From contig NC_068987.1 in the NCBI RefSeq assembly GCF_001194135.2, forward strand, positions 8,243,100 through 8,307,099: a DNA stretch of 64,000 bases, read 5' to 3'. The translations under genes and the position numbers were made by a program. Below, piece after piece: positions 1-13,294 of this stretch (positions are counted from its first letter, which is position 1; the number at the start of each line of letters is the position of its first letter). This DNA is from Octopus bimaculoides (lineage: Eukaryota). The notes beneath the pieces are model-generated. The model was given only the letters and a program-made list of their open reading frames with translations, was not told the origin of the DNA and made no database searches.

Positions 1-660
1 ATATACATATATATATATATATACATATTGACACACACACACACACACATGCATGGACAGAGGGTGAGGTACAGGTTTAAGTATATGATTGTGTGTATGT
101 CTGACTGTACATACATATGCTTGTTTCACATGGATATCAGTAAATCAATCTGTGTGTGTATGTGCAACTCCATGTGCCTATGCGCCTTTCACTAATTGAA
201 CACATGTATATGTCTATAAATGAGAGTGTCAGAAAATGTAAACGATCTTGTGTGCAGAGAGGGGATGGNNNNNNNNNNNNNNNNNNNNNNNNNNNNNNNN
301 NNNNNNNNNNNNNNNNNNNNNNNNNNNNNNNNNNNNNNNNNNNNNNNNNNNNNNNNNNNAGATTAAAGAAAGGGAGCGAGTTGACAATGCTGAGTCAGCC
401 CGTCCAATGCACTCTGTGTGTTTTTGAGAGCAGTAACTGCTAACAAGTTGAATCGCACACACACACTCACAAGCACATATGCACACAGCACATGCGTGTA
501 CATGCAAGTACAAGGTGCAGCTATGAAAGATGACTGACGTCTGTGAAGCGAAAGGAAAGTTTGGCGTGTTTAAGCAATAACAGCAAACGAATCTCATCAT
601 AGCCTCCATTTTACATTTTACAGGATCGGGGAGCATTAACAAATTAACAAAGAAATGAAC

Positions 661-713
<53 letters not shown>

Positions 714-1094
714 TGTGATTTGTGTGATNNNNNNNNNNCACATATACACACACACACATGTGATTTGTGTGATGCAAAAAACAAGACAGTCAGGTGGGGG
801 AACAACAAACAAGGTGTATATGTGTGTATGTATTTGTATATATATATATATATATATATTTATAAGTATATGTGTATGTGTATGTATATATATATACATA
901 TATGTGTGTGTATATATATATATATATAGACAATTATATGGAAAAAACAATTGTGAGGACATAGCACAAGCAATGTATTGATAAGATGGTCATATAAATG
1001 TATGTATGCATAAATATATAAAATGTATATATATATATATATATATATATCATCATCATTTAATGCCTGTTTGCCATGCTGGCATGAGTGTGCG

Positions 1095-1132
<38 letters not shown>

Positions 1133-1484
1133 CTTGCACAAGTACATACACATGCACAGTTTCCTTTATCGACAGCTCTCTACCCCATGCCACCCATACA
1201 CAACACCAGACATTCAAAGATTTCTACCATTTTTGTCCACTCATCAATCTCACAATATTACATTCATTTTATGATGCAAGTGTTAACAAACCGACCGAGC
1301 TGCTTGACATTGCAACAATGGGAAAGAATTGTCAATGGAAACAACTCACACCACTGTTTTCAGTGAAGATAAGAAATGGAAGTTGAGTCATTCATGCTCT
1401 ATCCAAGGATGGTCATTAGGGCTTCCCCCCCCCGTCTCTCTCTCTCTCTCAGTATGTATGTTTGTATGTATGTATGTATATATA

Positions 1485-1681
1485 TTTATTTGTTTCAGTC
1501 AATTGACTGCGGTCATGCTGGAGCACCGCCTTTATTTGAACAAATCAATCCCAGAACTTATTCTTTGTAAGCCTAGCACTTATTCTGTTGTTCTCTTCTG
1601 ACGGACCACTAAGTTGCAGGGACGTAAATACACCGACATCAGTTGTCAAGCGATGGTGGGGGTACACTCACACACACACAC

Positions 1682-1729
<48 letters not shown>
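1485..1729 (-). mobile_element. SINE family C, 3' half plus internal (CA)/(TA) microsatellite
   Basis: Reverse complement of the family C tail (GTTTCAGTC..TGACTGCGGTCATGCTGGAGCACCGCC..CTTATTCTTTGTAAGCCTAG..GTTGTCAAGCGATG), recurrent in this window. Confidence 0.85.
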
Positions 1730-1753
1730 NNNNNNNNNNNNNNNNNNNNNNNN

Positions 1754-1784
1754 GGTAGACGGAAACTGAAAGAAGCCCGTCGTA

Positions 1785-1817
<33 letters not shown>

Positions 1818-2018
1818 GTATGTGTTTGTCCCCCACCATCGCTTGACAACCTATGTTGGTGTGTTTACATCTCCATAACTTAGCGGCTCAACAAAAGGGA
1901 TCGATGGAGTAAGTACTAGGCTTACAAAGAATAAGTTCTGCAGTCTATTTGTTCGACTAAAGACGGTGCTCCAGCATGGCAACAGTCAAATGTCTGAAAC
2001 AAATAAAAGAATAAAAGA
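1754..2018 (+). mobile_element. SINE family C, centre and 3' half
   Basis: GGTAGACGGAAACTGAAAGAAGCCCGTCG, then microsatellite, then tail ending CAGTCAAATGTCTGAAACAAATAAAAGAA. Confidence 0.85.
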
Positions 2019-2040
2019 ATGCTAAAGGGTTAAATCCCCT

Positions 2041-2357
2041 AGCATGGCACTTTGAGCAAGTGTCTTCTACTATAGCCCTAGCCTGACCAATGCCTTGTGA
2101 GTGAATGAATTTAGTAGATGGCAAATGTGTGGAAATCTGTTGTACACATGTGTGTGTTTGTGTCTTGTCTCCACTGACCACTTGACAACCAATGCTGGTT
2201 TGTTTACGTCCCTGTAACTTATCATTTTGGCAAAAGTGTCTGAAAAAAAACAACCTAGCAAACTTTAAGAAAATAACCACTGCTGTCTGTTTTACCTTCA
2301 AAGTGGTGCCCCAGCATGACCACAGTCCAATGACTGAAACAAGTACCAAACAAAGAA
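2041..2357 (+). mobile_element. SINE family C, old degenerate copy
   Basis: GCACTTTGAGCAAGTGTCTTCTACTATAGCC ... CCAGCATGACCACAGTCCAATGACTGAAACAAGTA. Confidence 0.75.
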
Positions 2358-3724
2358 AGATTCTGATATATGTTCCACCCTAAATTCTTCGACCATCCAC
2401 TTCATTCCACTTGCTCGCAGAACAAATGAGACAACTGCTGCAATTTGCATTTGAGGCTATTTCGGGTTTTTTTTTTCTTCTTCTTTCCCTTCAAACTTCA
2501 TTGGATCTTCAACATGAATGCTTCATTTCTTTTGCCTATAAANNNNNNNNNNTTTATATATACTTTGTAGACATTTATTTATTTTATATTATTTTTTTTT
2601 TTATTATAGCTATTTTTCAAACTTCTTTAAAAAACACTCTTCTTATGTGGTTTTTGTTTTTACATCTCATGTTTTTGTGTTTAAATTATTTTTGGATGTG
2701 TATATATGTTCATATGTGTACATGTGTCTCTGTGTGTGTTTGTATGTTTATATATATATATGTATATATATATAAATGTGTATGTGTGTGTGTTATGGTT
2801 TAGTTCGGTATTGTTTTTATTGTCTCTATTAGGTTTTTAAAATTCTAATGTTTCTTTGTTTAATCTTTATAAAATGTCTGGCCGAAAATATTCCACTTTC
2901 TATATTTCTATAGTTGAATTATTAAAAATATATAAAATCTTTGATACAAATTCAAAATGTGGACAAAAGAGGCTGCCCTGTCCAAAATAACAAAAAGAAT
3001 AAAAAGAAAAGACAAGTTTTTTTTTCTTCTATTTCATTTGTCCACCTTTGTGGACAAATTAGATTACAGATGAAGTATTATTGTATTTGATGGCATAAAA
3101 AAGAAATGGACATATAAGTTGCACCCTAATTTCAGCAGAGCATGTTCAGGGGGAAAATGTTTTTAGTGCAGTAAAGCTTATGGGTGGCCAAACTTTACAT
3201 ATAGAAACCAAGGAGATTTCTTTTGATTTTCTTCAGTGAAAAGACTGCGTCTTGTATGCCATCAGGCATGGTAATTTCTTTGAAAAGAATGTTATAAACA
3301 GTATTTGAATTTCTGATTACATCAGCTAGTGTTAATGAATTGTGGGTATAGTTGTACTTGTTGGATAACCTTAGTGATCTCTGCTTGAAAACATTCATGA
3401 CATACAAGTGGCATCATGAATGAATCAACTTTCAACCATAGAAGTCTGTTCAAGGAATATAAGATCTGAAATATTGTGGCCTTATTGAGAGGCCATGCCA
3501 TGTTTTGTTCAGTGAAGATAATTTGACTGTCTTTGTGTAAACAAGCTGAAATACCAAATAGGAGATTTCCTTCAATAGCTTGATGACCTTTTGGTATTAT
3601 TATTAATTCCACAAAGGTCTAATCATTATCTTCTTTGTTATATTGGCTGGCGTTATGAAGTGGATGTCAAAGTCAGTGAAACCTAGACAAAATCTCCTCC
3701 TCCTAACCTTAACCTTAACCCTAA

Positions 3725-4020
3725 CCATCATCATCATTTAACATCCCTTTTTCATCTTGCCATAGGCTGAATAATTCAACAGGAGCTGTCAAGCTAAAAG
3801 GGCTGCACTAAGCTCCACTGCTATAACTGAATACCCTAATGCCAATCACTTCGCAGAGTGTACTGGGTACTTTTTATGTGGCACCAGCACTAGTGAGGTC
3901 ACCAAGTAACTTGCAAAGCAAGACCCTCTCAGCTGAGGAGGCCGTCATACTGAGGGAGGTGGCTTTATGCCAGGTGATGAGAAGCTAAAAGTATGAGGTA
4001 GACGAACAGGTGTCTTGTTG
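3725..4020 (-). mobile_element. Family D (TGA)n-tailed retroposon, degenerate
   Basis: CATCATCATCATTTAACATCC tail and GAGTGTACTGGGTACTTTTTATGTGGCACCAGCA; matches copies at 8775 and 35880. Confidence 0.7.
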
Positions 4021-4029
4021 CATGGTTAT

Positions 4030-4231
4030 GAGGTGACAGAATCATTAGCAGGCCAGGTGAAATGCTTAGTGACAGTTTGTCCATCTTTACTTTCTGAATT
4101 CAAATTCTGCCACAGTCGACTTTGCCTTTCATCCTTTCATGGTCAATAAGTTAAGTACCAGGGTCAATCTAATCAACTTACCCCTCCCCAAAAAAATATT
4201 TGGCTTTGTGCCAAAATTTGAAACCAATATT
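4030..4231 (+). mobile_element. SINE family B (tRNA-like head)
   Basis: CAGAATCATTAGCA..GAAATGCTTAG..GAATTCAAATTCTGCC..GTCGACTTTGCCTTTCATCCTTTC..AAGTACCAG. Confidence 0.8.
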
Positions 4232-4477
4232 TGGTTTTGGTGTTTTGTTTTGAATTCAGAATTTGCCTCTGACATGGTCCTTAAGCTGTGCACTGTATTG
4301 TTTTAGTTAAGGGTTCATTTAGAAAGGATTATAATAGCCTGACGGATTATTGGATTGCTAACTCAATGTGTGTGACTACATAATCCCATGAAGTCACTTT
4401 CTTCCACAGAGCTCAATTTACTTAGAAATGTATTCTTATCCTATCTCAGTGAATGGTCTGCATGTGCACGGAGGAAT

Positions 4478-4600
4478 CTAGGACGACTTTATCTAACATG
4501 TCCTTCCTTTATTTCAAGATGGTGTAGTATGTTTATAGGAATATCTGACTGGTATTTCTAGCAGGTTGAGTGACCACATAGTGACTCTCTTGTCAGCTTT
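4478..4600 (+). repeat. Unclassified interspersed repeat; related segments near 18170-18245, 22400-22465, 33700-33775 and 55085-55190
   Basis: TGACTGGTATTTCTAGCAGGTTGAGTGACCACATAG resembles TGACTGCTATTTCTTGCAAGTTGAGCGTTCACATAG at about 18208. Confidence 0.5.
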
Positions 4601-5319
4601 ATGTGTTGAAGTACATACATAGGAGAATTCTTTGTTTTAAGAAAATGGTAAAAAATAATGCCATGTGTGTGTTTGTCCCTCACCACTGTTTGGTGGTGGT
4701 TTGTTTACATCCCACATAATGTCTATTTATATATATATGTATGTATGTATGTATGATGATGATGATGGTATAATTTTTACTTTTGTTATTTATGAATTAA
4801 ATAAAAGTCCAGCCTGACCAAACCACTTTTAAAATATTCTCACTGCCCTTCACTGAACAGTTGGTNNNNNNNNNNNNNNNNNNNNNNNNNNNNNNNNNNN
4901 NNNNNNNNNNNNNNNNNNNNNNNNNNNNNNNNNNNNNNNNNNNNNNNNNNNNNNNNNNNNNNNNNNNNNNNNNNNNNNNNNNNNNNNNNNNNNNNNNNNN
5001 NNNNNNNNNNNNNNNNNNNNNNNNNNNNNNNNNNNNNNNNNNNNNNNNNNNNNNNNNNNNNNNNNNNNNNNNNNNNNNNNNNNNNNNNNNNNNNNNNNNN
5101 NNNNNNNNNNNNNNNNNNNNNNNNNNNNNNNNNNNNNNNNNNNNNNNNNNNNNNNNNNNNNNNNNNNNNNNNNNNNNNNNNNNNNNNNNNNNNNNNNNNN
5201 NNNNNNNNNNNNNNNNNNNNNNNNNNNNNNNNNNNNNNNNNNNNNGATGTTTTTAATCCAAGAACAAAGCCTGATCAAAAACAGTTTATGGAGTACTGTG
5301 ATGTCTATCATTTTATCTT

Positions 5320-5708
5320 TATTATTTGTTTGGCCATACTGGGGGCACACTGCCTTGGTGGCTTTTAGCCAAACAGTTCAACCCATGTGAGAGTGTGTGA
5401 TGTGATGTGAAGGTGCAGAAATGACAACTCTAACTCCATCTCTCTTTCCCCCTCTCTCCGTCTCTGTCTCTCTCTCTTTATGGTCTCTTGTTGAACCACT
5501 AAATTACTAGAATGTAAACAAACCAACAACACTTGTTAAGCAGTGGTGAGAAACAAATACCCCCCCCCACACACACACACACATGACAGGCTTCCAAACA
5601 GTTTCCGTCTACCAAATTCACTCCTCAGGGCTATAGTAGAAGATACTTAATAAGACTGAGCCCCTAACCATCCATTGGCTACAAAGTGAGCTTCTCAACC
5701 ACATAACC
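5320..5708 (-). mobile_element. SINE family C, degenerate
   Basis: CAGTTTCCGTCTACCAAATTCACTC..GGCTATAGTAGAAGATACTT with an internal CA run. Confidence 0.65.
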
Positions 5709-6457
5709 AATCATTTGTCTTGTCTTATACCCCACTTGGATTTCTGGAAAAAATTTTNNNNNNNNNNNNNNNNNNNNNNNNNNNNNNNNNNNNNNNNNNN
5801 NNNNNNNNNNNNNNNNNNNNNNNNNNNNNNNNNNNNNNNNNNNNNNNNNNNNNNNNNNNNNNNNNNNNNNNNNNNNNNNNNNNNNNNNNNNNNNNNNNNN
5901 NNNNNNNNNNNNNNNNNNNNNNNNNNNNNNNNNNNNNNNNNNNNNNNNNNNNNNNNNNNNNNNNNNNNNNNNNNNNNNNNNNNNNNNNNNNNNNNNNNNN
6001 NNNNNNNNNNNNNNNNNNNNNNNNNNNNNNNNNNNNNNNNNNNNNNNNNNNNNNNNNNNNNNNNNNNNNNNNNNNNNNNNNNNNNNNNNNNNNNNNNNNN
6101 NNNNNNNNNNNNNNNNNNNNNNNNNNNNNNNNNNNNNNNNNNNNNNNNNNNNNNNNNNNAGTTGTTGGTTGTTTATATTTCAGTAAAAAAATTGCATACG
6201 GGATGTAAAACTTGTATTTCTGGCTGTGATGTTTTACGTGAACATCATTGGTCACTAGGGTGGTGCACTACTGCTATGATTTTGTTGTCATCCACTGACT
6301 GCAAATGGCTGATAGGTAAATGAAAGTTTGTAAACACAAACATTTCTCTTTATAAGAGAATTTTTCATTTAGATAATTTAAAAAAATGTTTCTTAACCAT
6401 TTTGTTACTATACTTCTGTTGACATACACTGTCTTTGCTTCAATTTATTTTGAAAGA

Positions 6458-6753
6458 AATGTGCTGGTGTCAGGTAAAAACCACTTGTGCTAGTACCACC
6501 TGAAAAGTGCCTGCATTGGTGTCGCGTAAAAAGTGTCTGTGCTTGTGCCACGTAAAATGCACCCATGCAGGTGTCATGTGAAAAGCTCTCAGTACACTCT
6601 GTAAAGTGGTTGGTGATAGGGAGAGCATCCAGCCATGGAAAAACCATGCCATATCAGACAAATGGTACATAATGCAGTTCTCTGGCTGGCCAGCTCCTGA
6701 CAAACCGTCCAACCCATACCAGCATGGAAAACAAATGTTAAATGATGATGATG
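6458..6753 (+). mobile_element. Family D retroposon with 26-bp internal VNTR and (TGA)n tail
   Basis: About five 26-bp units (GCACCTGTGCTGGTGCCACGTAAAAA-like), then GTGGTTGGTGATAGGGAGAGCATCCAGC..CCAACCCATACCAGCATGGAAAACAAATGTTAAATGATGATGATG. Confidence 0.8.
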
Positions 6754-7677
6754 GCAGAACTTGTGCTCATCTGGCTCTCTAGCCTACAACACTCAGTCTC
6801 CCATCTGTAATACAGCCACGTTAGATGCAGGGCAGTGTTTTGATATGTTGAAAGATGGTCAAAAGTGTCTTATTTGTCATCAAATACGGTATTGTTTATC
6901 TGAGTTGTAGCAACGGTCAAAACCAGAGCTGTCTCAATTTTAAGCTGCAATTTCCCGATTATTCAGTCTGTATTTCCCAAAATAATAATGGTGGTTTTTA
7001 TTTTTGATCATTTCATTAGGCTTTTTGGCCCAGGCTTACATTTAATGTAGAGATGAGATGCTGCGATGCTCTTTGCATTTTACTTTAAAACCGAGTTGGT
7101 GGATCTAATAATAGATACTCACAGAATCCTAACCTTTACTGTCTGTAGCCTAACAACAATGTTAGACTTACAATGGTGATGTTGATGATGATGATGATAA
7201 TAACTATGGCAGTAATTGTTTTAATGAAGCACAAGGAATTCTCCCCCCCCCCTCTCCTGCTTTTGTAAACAGGAAGGGGTTATAGTTGATTGATAGCTTC
7301 AATAAGACTGCTACCAGCATCATCTTGGTTGTAAAAATGAGAAAGCTAGTGGGAGCGGTGGTGGCGGCGGTGATGATGACAGTATATTTAATTTTATTTT
7401 ATATTTTAATTGCATGTACTTCCCCCCCCCCACTCATTGTCAGTTGTTGGTCTCCTTTTAACTGTTCAACCTTATTGCAGAAGAGTACACACACTATCAC
7501 TCAGATGGCCCCCCTCCCGCGACTCCTTCACACTGTTGGTGCATGCATGCATATATGTCTGTATGTGTATTTATTTATTTATGTATATATGTATGAATGA
7601 ATGTGGTAATCGGAGAGCCATTGGGATTTCTTGTTATTTGCCTTCTTGGTGTCTTTTTCTGAAATGACAAATCTAAT

Positions 7678-7809
<132 letters not shown>

Positions 7810-7964
7810 CTGTTCCCAGTTTCACCAACTGTCAGCTTGGTGACATATAGGCAAAGGGATGCTGAATAAGTTGAATGTGACATGATTCCTTCTTTTCCCC
7901 CATTCTGTCTCCTCTTTCTTCATTCACTAATTTTATTTAATTAAGTTAATTTCAATGTTTGTGA

Positions 7965-7997
<33 letters not shown>

Positions 7998-8541
7998 NNN
8001 NNNNNNNTGTGTGTGTGTGTGAATTACAACCTCATTTTTTCTCCTCTCCGTGATTTCTGGAAAGAAGGTTTCCTCCAGCCATTTGTGGTGGTAAACTTCT
8101 GTGTGTGTGTGTGAGACTGTTCTTGCCCTCAATCAATCTGAAAATAAGTTACTGTATTTTTGCAGAGTATTTACCATTTGCAAAAACTACAACACACTTT
8201 ACACACATGTGTGTGCCATGCACATATACATGTACCTATGTAACACACACACACACACACACGCACACTTTGGCTGTCCATCAGATTTATGAAGACAATG
8301 ATGAGAGATTGTTTAGAGTTTACTCTCTGGGCCTTCTGCATGTTATTCAAGAACATGTTAATTCTGCAAGAGTTCTCTCAACGAGCCATTCTTGGGCATA
8401 TTTTGCTTATGAATCCTAGGGTATCAGCTGCATCGTAATACTTGTCATCATCATCATCATCATCATGTGTTCCATTTTCCATGTTGGCAAGAGTTGAATG
8501 GTTTGAAAGCAACGGGAGAGAGCCAGAGGAGGGTGCCAAGC

Positions 8542-8772
8542 TTAACCCTTTCGTTACTGTATTTATTTTGAGATGCTCTGTGTTTCTTTCAATTAATTTT
8601 GAATATAGCAAAAAATTTAGTAAAATAACTTAGTCATCATTAAGCTAGTCTTAGGAACATTAATTTGTGACTAAGGTTTGGTGGAAGATTTTAATTGAGA
8701 ACTTTTTGAAAACAAAGCATTTGTACTACAGAGCCAGGGGTGGTTTCAGAGGGTTGGTATCGGAAAGGTTAA
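8542..8772. mobile_element. TTAA-flanked MITE (piggyBac-like); related internal fragment at about 55915-56048
   Basis: TTAACCCTTTCGTTAC ... GGTATCGGAAAGGTTAA imperfect TIRs with TTAA at both ends. Confidence 0.75.
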
Positions 8773-8774
8773 GT

Positions 8775-9000
8775 GTCTGCTTTGGCATGGTTTCATATGG
8801 CTGGATGCCCTTTCTAATGCCAGTCACTTTAGAGTGTGCCAGATGCTTTTAATGTGGCACCAGCACCAGTAAGGTCACCAAGTATCTTGCAAGACAAAGA
8901 CCCTGTCAACTGAGGCAGGATATGTAGTATTGAGGGAAGTTTCTTTATGCCAATTAATGAGAGATTAAAGATAGAGAAAGGTCCCCCAGAAATGATATTA
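8775..9000 (-). mobile_element. Family D retroposon fragment
   Basis: GGCTGGATGCCCTTTCTAATGCCAGTCAC..GTGGCACCAGCACCAGTAAGGTCACCAAGTATCTTGCAAG. Confidence 0.7.
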
Positions 9001-9695
9001 TTGGACACAGTTACCTGAACACTGGCAGTCTGGAATAGCAAACAATTCACTGGCTACAAAAGCCCAACCTAAGTGAACACTTGAGTTGGGCTGGCTTATC
9101 AAGTTGGTAGAATCAAGCAGTGTCCCCATGAGAAAAGTCTGAATCGGAAAGATTCCATGTGCGTGCAGGTATCTTTAGTCAATGAACAATGGTATCTTCA
9201 GATTAAAAACAGGACTCTACTTTTCAGGACAGAGTTTGTAATGTTAGCTTGATGTGTGTGTGTGTGTGTATGTACACATATGTATGCGTATATGTATATG
9301 TAACAATTTCTGTATGGAAGACACACATTAACCATTCAAAAACACACACGCACACACACAAAATGACTTAACTTCACTTGAAATTTATAATTATTTGGTG
9401 TTAAAATTTTTGTTGCATCCATCATGACCTGATCGCTGACACGGTTCCACTGCAACAGACAGACTTGAGGCAGACTTTGGAACAGAGAGAGAGAGCAGGT
9501 CATTGATGATGTTGCTAATGCTGATGAAAAGTCTTTGACAAACCATAGCTGATTGATCGATTGACTGAACGATTAATCAAACAATCAATTAATTGATTAA
9601 ATGGTTTTAACCAATTGACTAATTTTAATTAAAAAGTGAAATAGAAGCAGTGCAAGATGACTCTCCCGAGATACAGATCATCATCATAACCACAA

Positions 9696-10031
9696 GTGCT
9701 TACCAACCACATGGTTCCAGGTTCAGTTCCACTGCATGACACCTTGGGCTACTATAGCCTCAGGCTGACCAAAGCATTGTGATAGGATTTGGTAGACAGA
9801 AACTGAAAGAAGCTCGTTGTGTGTGTGTGTGTGTGTGTGTGTGTTTGTCCTCCCACCATTGCTTGATAACTGATGTTGGTATGTTTACGTCCCCCGTAAC
9901 TTAGCAGTTCGGCAAGGGAGGCTGATAGAATAAGTACTAGGCTTACAAAGAATTAGTCCTGGGGGTCGATTTGTTCAATTAAAGGCGGTGCTCCAGCATG
10001 GCCGCAGACACATGACTGAAACAAGCAAAAG
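9696..10031 (+). mobile_element. SINE family C, near full length
   Basis: ACCACATGGTTCCAGGTTCAGTTCCACTG head, CORE-like CACCTTGGGC, internal (GT)n, tail to GACTGAAACAAGCAAAAG. Confidence 0.88.
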
Positions 10032-12844
10032 ACTGAAATAATCTCTCTGGCCCCTAATCACTTTATCTTTAATATTATTTACCTGTGATTTCTCATCCCT
10101 GGCTTATCACCCCTAATGTCTATGCACTTTCTCTCTCTACACCAATTATATTCTTCAACACACACACACACACACACACACACCTTGTACTTATTTATCT
10201 TCATGGTAAGCCCCAACCCCCACCACACACTACATACCCCCACACTTCCTTTTGTGATTCTGACCATTCCAATTTTCACTGGCACCCCCCTCCCCCCATC
10301 CAACTAATTGTCAGTTTACCTTTTATTTCCACTTCCTCTTTTGTTGTTGTTGTTGTTGTTGCCTTTATTTCCTTCTCTTTCCTCTTCCCTTCCTTCAAAC
10401 CTCTAATCTCCTCCCCTTCCTCTTCCTCCTCTTTAATTCTTTGTTTTGTTTCTGTTTTTTTTTTTATGCAGACTCCCATTCAGTTCTGTCTGCCTCATTC
10501 TTAAATCTGTGACTTACATATTCTCTGTATCCCNNNNNNNNNNNNNNNNNNNNNNNNNNNNNNNNNNNNNNNNNNNNNNNNNNNNNNNNNNNNNNNNNNN
10601 NNNNNNNNNNNNNNNNNNNNNNNNNNNNNNNNNNNNNNNNNNNNNNNNNNNNNNNNNNNNNNNNNNNNNNNNNNNNNNNNNNNNNNNNNNNNNNNNNNNN
10701 NNNNGAGAGAGAGAGAGAGTGCGTGTGTATGTGGGAGAGTGTGTATGTATGTGTGTGAGAGAGAGAGAGAGAGAGATAGAGGAGTGGAGAAGCTGGCATC
10801 TTCTTTCAGTGATAGATTGTTTATCACCTTCCTGCATGGGAGGCACACTGGCTGCATAGCATGTTGCTGTTGCCCTTCCCTCCCCCATCTCTCTCTCTCC
10901 CTTCCCTCGCCCCATCCCACCCGCTGTGCTCTACCATTATTTTACTCACTACATATCCACACACACACACACAGCACTAGATAGATACACAAAGCACCAG
11001 TTACCTACCTAAGATAATGATGAGAGGGCCATCCACTTCAAATAGGACATGTTATTTTTTTTACAGAGGTGAGGGGGTGGCCCTTCCCTCTGCTGGTTTA
11101 AGGGAGAGAAGGGGACAGGTTATTTATATATGGACACCTGGTTCTTCTTCCCCATATTGTAGCAGCCACAGTAGTGATGGAGGTGGTGGTGGTAGTGTGT
11201 ATAACAAAGTTGAATGAGCTAAAGGTTATTAAAAACCTTCATGTCCCTTCAGAAGGGGCTCTTCTTGTTCCCCTGCCTGATCTCTTTTAACAATAGTCCA
11301 CCTTTACCCCCTCCCCCCCACATCATCTAAAATCATCTAAGCAACTCAATTAATACTCCCCTCCACACCTCATCTCATCATTACCTGGTCCTTCGTTTCA
11401 CTCAAACTCACCCACCCACCCAATGCTTTGCTTCTTCTCTGTTTTATATTGTTTTTTTTATATCTCCCCCCCCCGCTACTCCACCCCCTCCCAGGTTCTC
11501 TTTGACTTCCTCTTTTTCTTCNNNNNNNNNNNNNNNNNNNNNNNNNNNNNNNNNNNNNNNNNNNNNNNNNNNNNNNNNNNNNNNNNNNNNNNNNNNNNNN
11601 NNNNNNNNNNNNNNNNNNNNNNNNNNNNNNNNNNNNNNNNNNNNNNNNNNNNNNNNNNNNNNNNNNNNNNNNNNNNNNNNNNNNNNNNNNNNNNNNNNNN
11701 NNNNNNNNNNNNNNNNNNNNNNNNNNNNNNNNNNNNNNNNNNNNNNNNNNNNNNNNNNNNNNNNNNNNNNNNNNNNNNNNNNNNNNNNNNNNNNNNNNNN
11801 NNNNNNNNNNNNNNNNNNNNNNNNNNNNNNNNNNNNNNNNNNNNNNNNNNNNNNNNNNNNNNNNNNNNNNNNNNNNNNNNNNNNNNNNNNNNNNNNNNNN
11901 NNNNNNNNNNNNNNNNNNNNNNNNNNNNNNNNNNNNNNNNNNNNNNNNNNNNNNNNNNNNNNNNNNNNNNNNNNNNNNNNNNNNNNNNNNNNNNNNNNNN
12001 NNNNNNNNNNNNNNNNNNNNNNNNNNNNNNNNNNNNNNNNNNNNNNNNNNNNNNNNNNNNNNNNNNNNNNNNNNNNNNNNNNNNNNNNNNNNNNNNNNNN
12101 NNNNNNNNNNNNNNNNNNNNNNNNNNNNNNNNNNNNNNNNNNNNNNGGTATTGATAGCTTGGTCTGTTGGTGGTAGTGGTGTGTGTTTGTTGCTGGTGGT
12201 GGTGGGGATTGTGGTGTCCATTGGTAGCAGGGGGGGATGTTTGTGATGGTTGGGTGGTGAAAATATTGATGGTTATGATGAACGTTTGATGGTATGGATG
12301 GATGGCTGGATCAGTGGTGAGAATGTTAATGGTTGTGTTGGTGGTGGTGTTCATGGTAAGGTTTGCAGTGTTGTTGTTGCGGTAGTAACCTTGGTGGTTG
12401 TGATGGGGGGTGTATAATGTTGATGATGGTGGATGTTAGATGATAGATAGAATTGATAGTGGGGGGTGATGGCCATGATGGAATGTGGGTGGTGGGTTAT
12501 GGTGTTGCTGTAGTTGAGGTTGTTGTTGTTAGTGGTGGTGGTCCATGCACAAGTTTCTTAAGCATATCCTTCTTTCTTGATTATCTACCTATCCTTTATT
12601 TACCTTTCCTGTTTCCAGTTGTGTTTGTGTGTGTGTGTATACCTGCATGCAAGCGAATGTATTGATGATGATGATGATATTGTAATTTAAGCTGAAGAAA
12701 TATTAAAGCATCTTTAGAAAATGGATGAAAATGTAATTGAATAAATACTGTACATACTGATTAAATAGATAATATAATGGTCAAAAAAATTCTTTTAAGC
12801 ATTTATTTGGAACTTGAAAGAAATAGATTTAATACTTGGGGTTG

Positions 12845-12902
12845 ATGGATAGAAAGATAAGAATAGACAGACACAAGTAGATAGAGAGATAAATAGACAG
12901 AC

Positions 12903-12944
<42 letters not shown>

Positions 12945-13165
12945 ACAGACAGATAGATAGATAGATAAACAGACAGATAGATAGATAGATAAACAGACAG
13001 ACAGATAGATAGATAGATAGATAGATAGACAGATAGATAATTACATAGATGGACAGATAGATAGATAGATAGATAGATGGACAAATAGACAGACAGACAG
13101 ATAAACAGACCGATAGATGAATAGATAGATAGATAGATAGATAGGCAGGCAAAGACATACATACA
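12845..13165. repeat. (GATA)/(GACA) tetranucleotide array
   Basis: Direct reading. Confidence 0.97.
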
Positions 13166-13294
13166 TGAATGTATGCATCCATCCATATGTACACACATGC
13201 ATCCAATGAACCATTCATGTAGAGATGAATATAAATAAATATACAGATGAGGAGAAAGATATATGCATAGTTAGGGAATAACGTATATTTATAT

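Noticed and set aside
690-772. Direct repeat CATATACACACACACATGTGATTTGTGTGAT on both sides of a 10-N gap
   Set aside because: Most likely an unmerged contig overlap, not a real duplication.
3181-3660. Two overlapping minus-strand ORFs next to a GGTGGCCAAACT TIR-like motif
   Set aside because: Could be a decayed DNA transposon, but I could not recover any transposase motif in six frames.
3702-3726. Telomere-like CCTAA(C/T) run
   Set aside because: Only about four imperfect units; too short to call an interstitial telomere.
9061-9092. 32-nt hairpin AGCCCAACCTAAGTG-AA-CACTTGAGTTGGGCT
   Set aside because: Too short for a pre-miRNA, no Helitron CTRR end nearby, and single occurrence.
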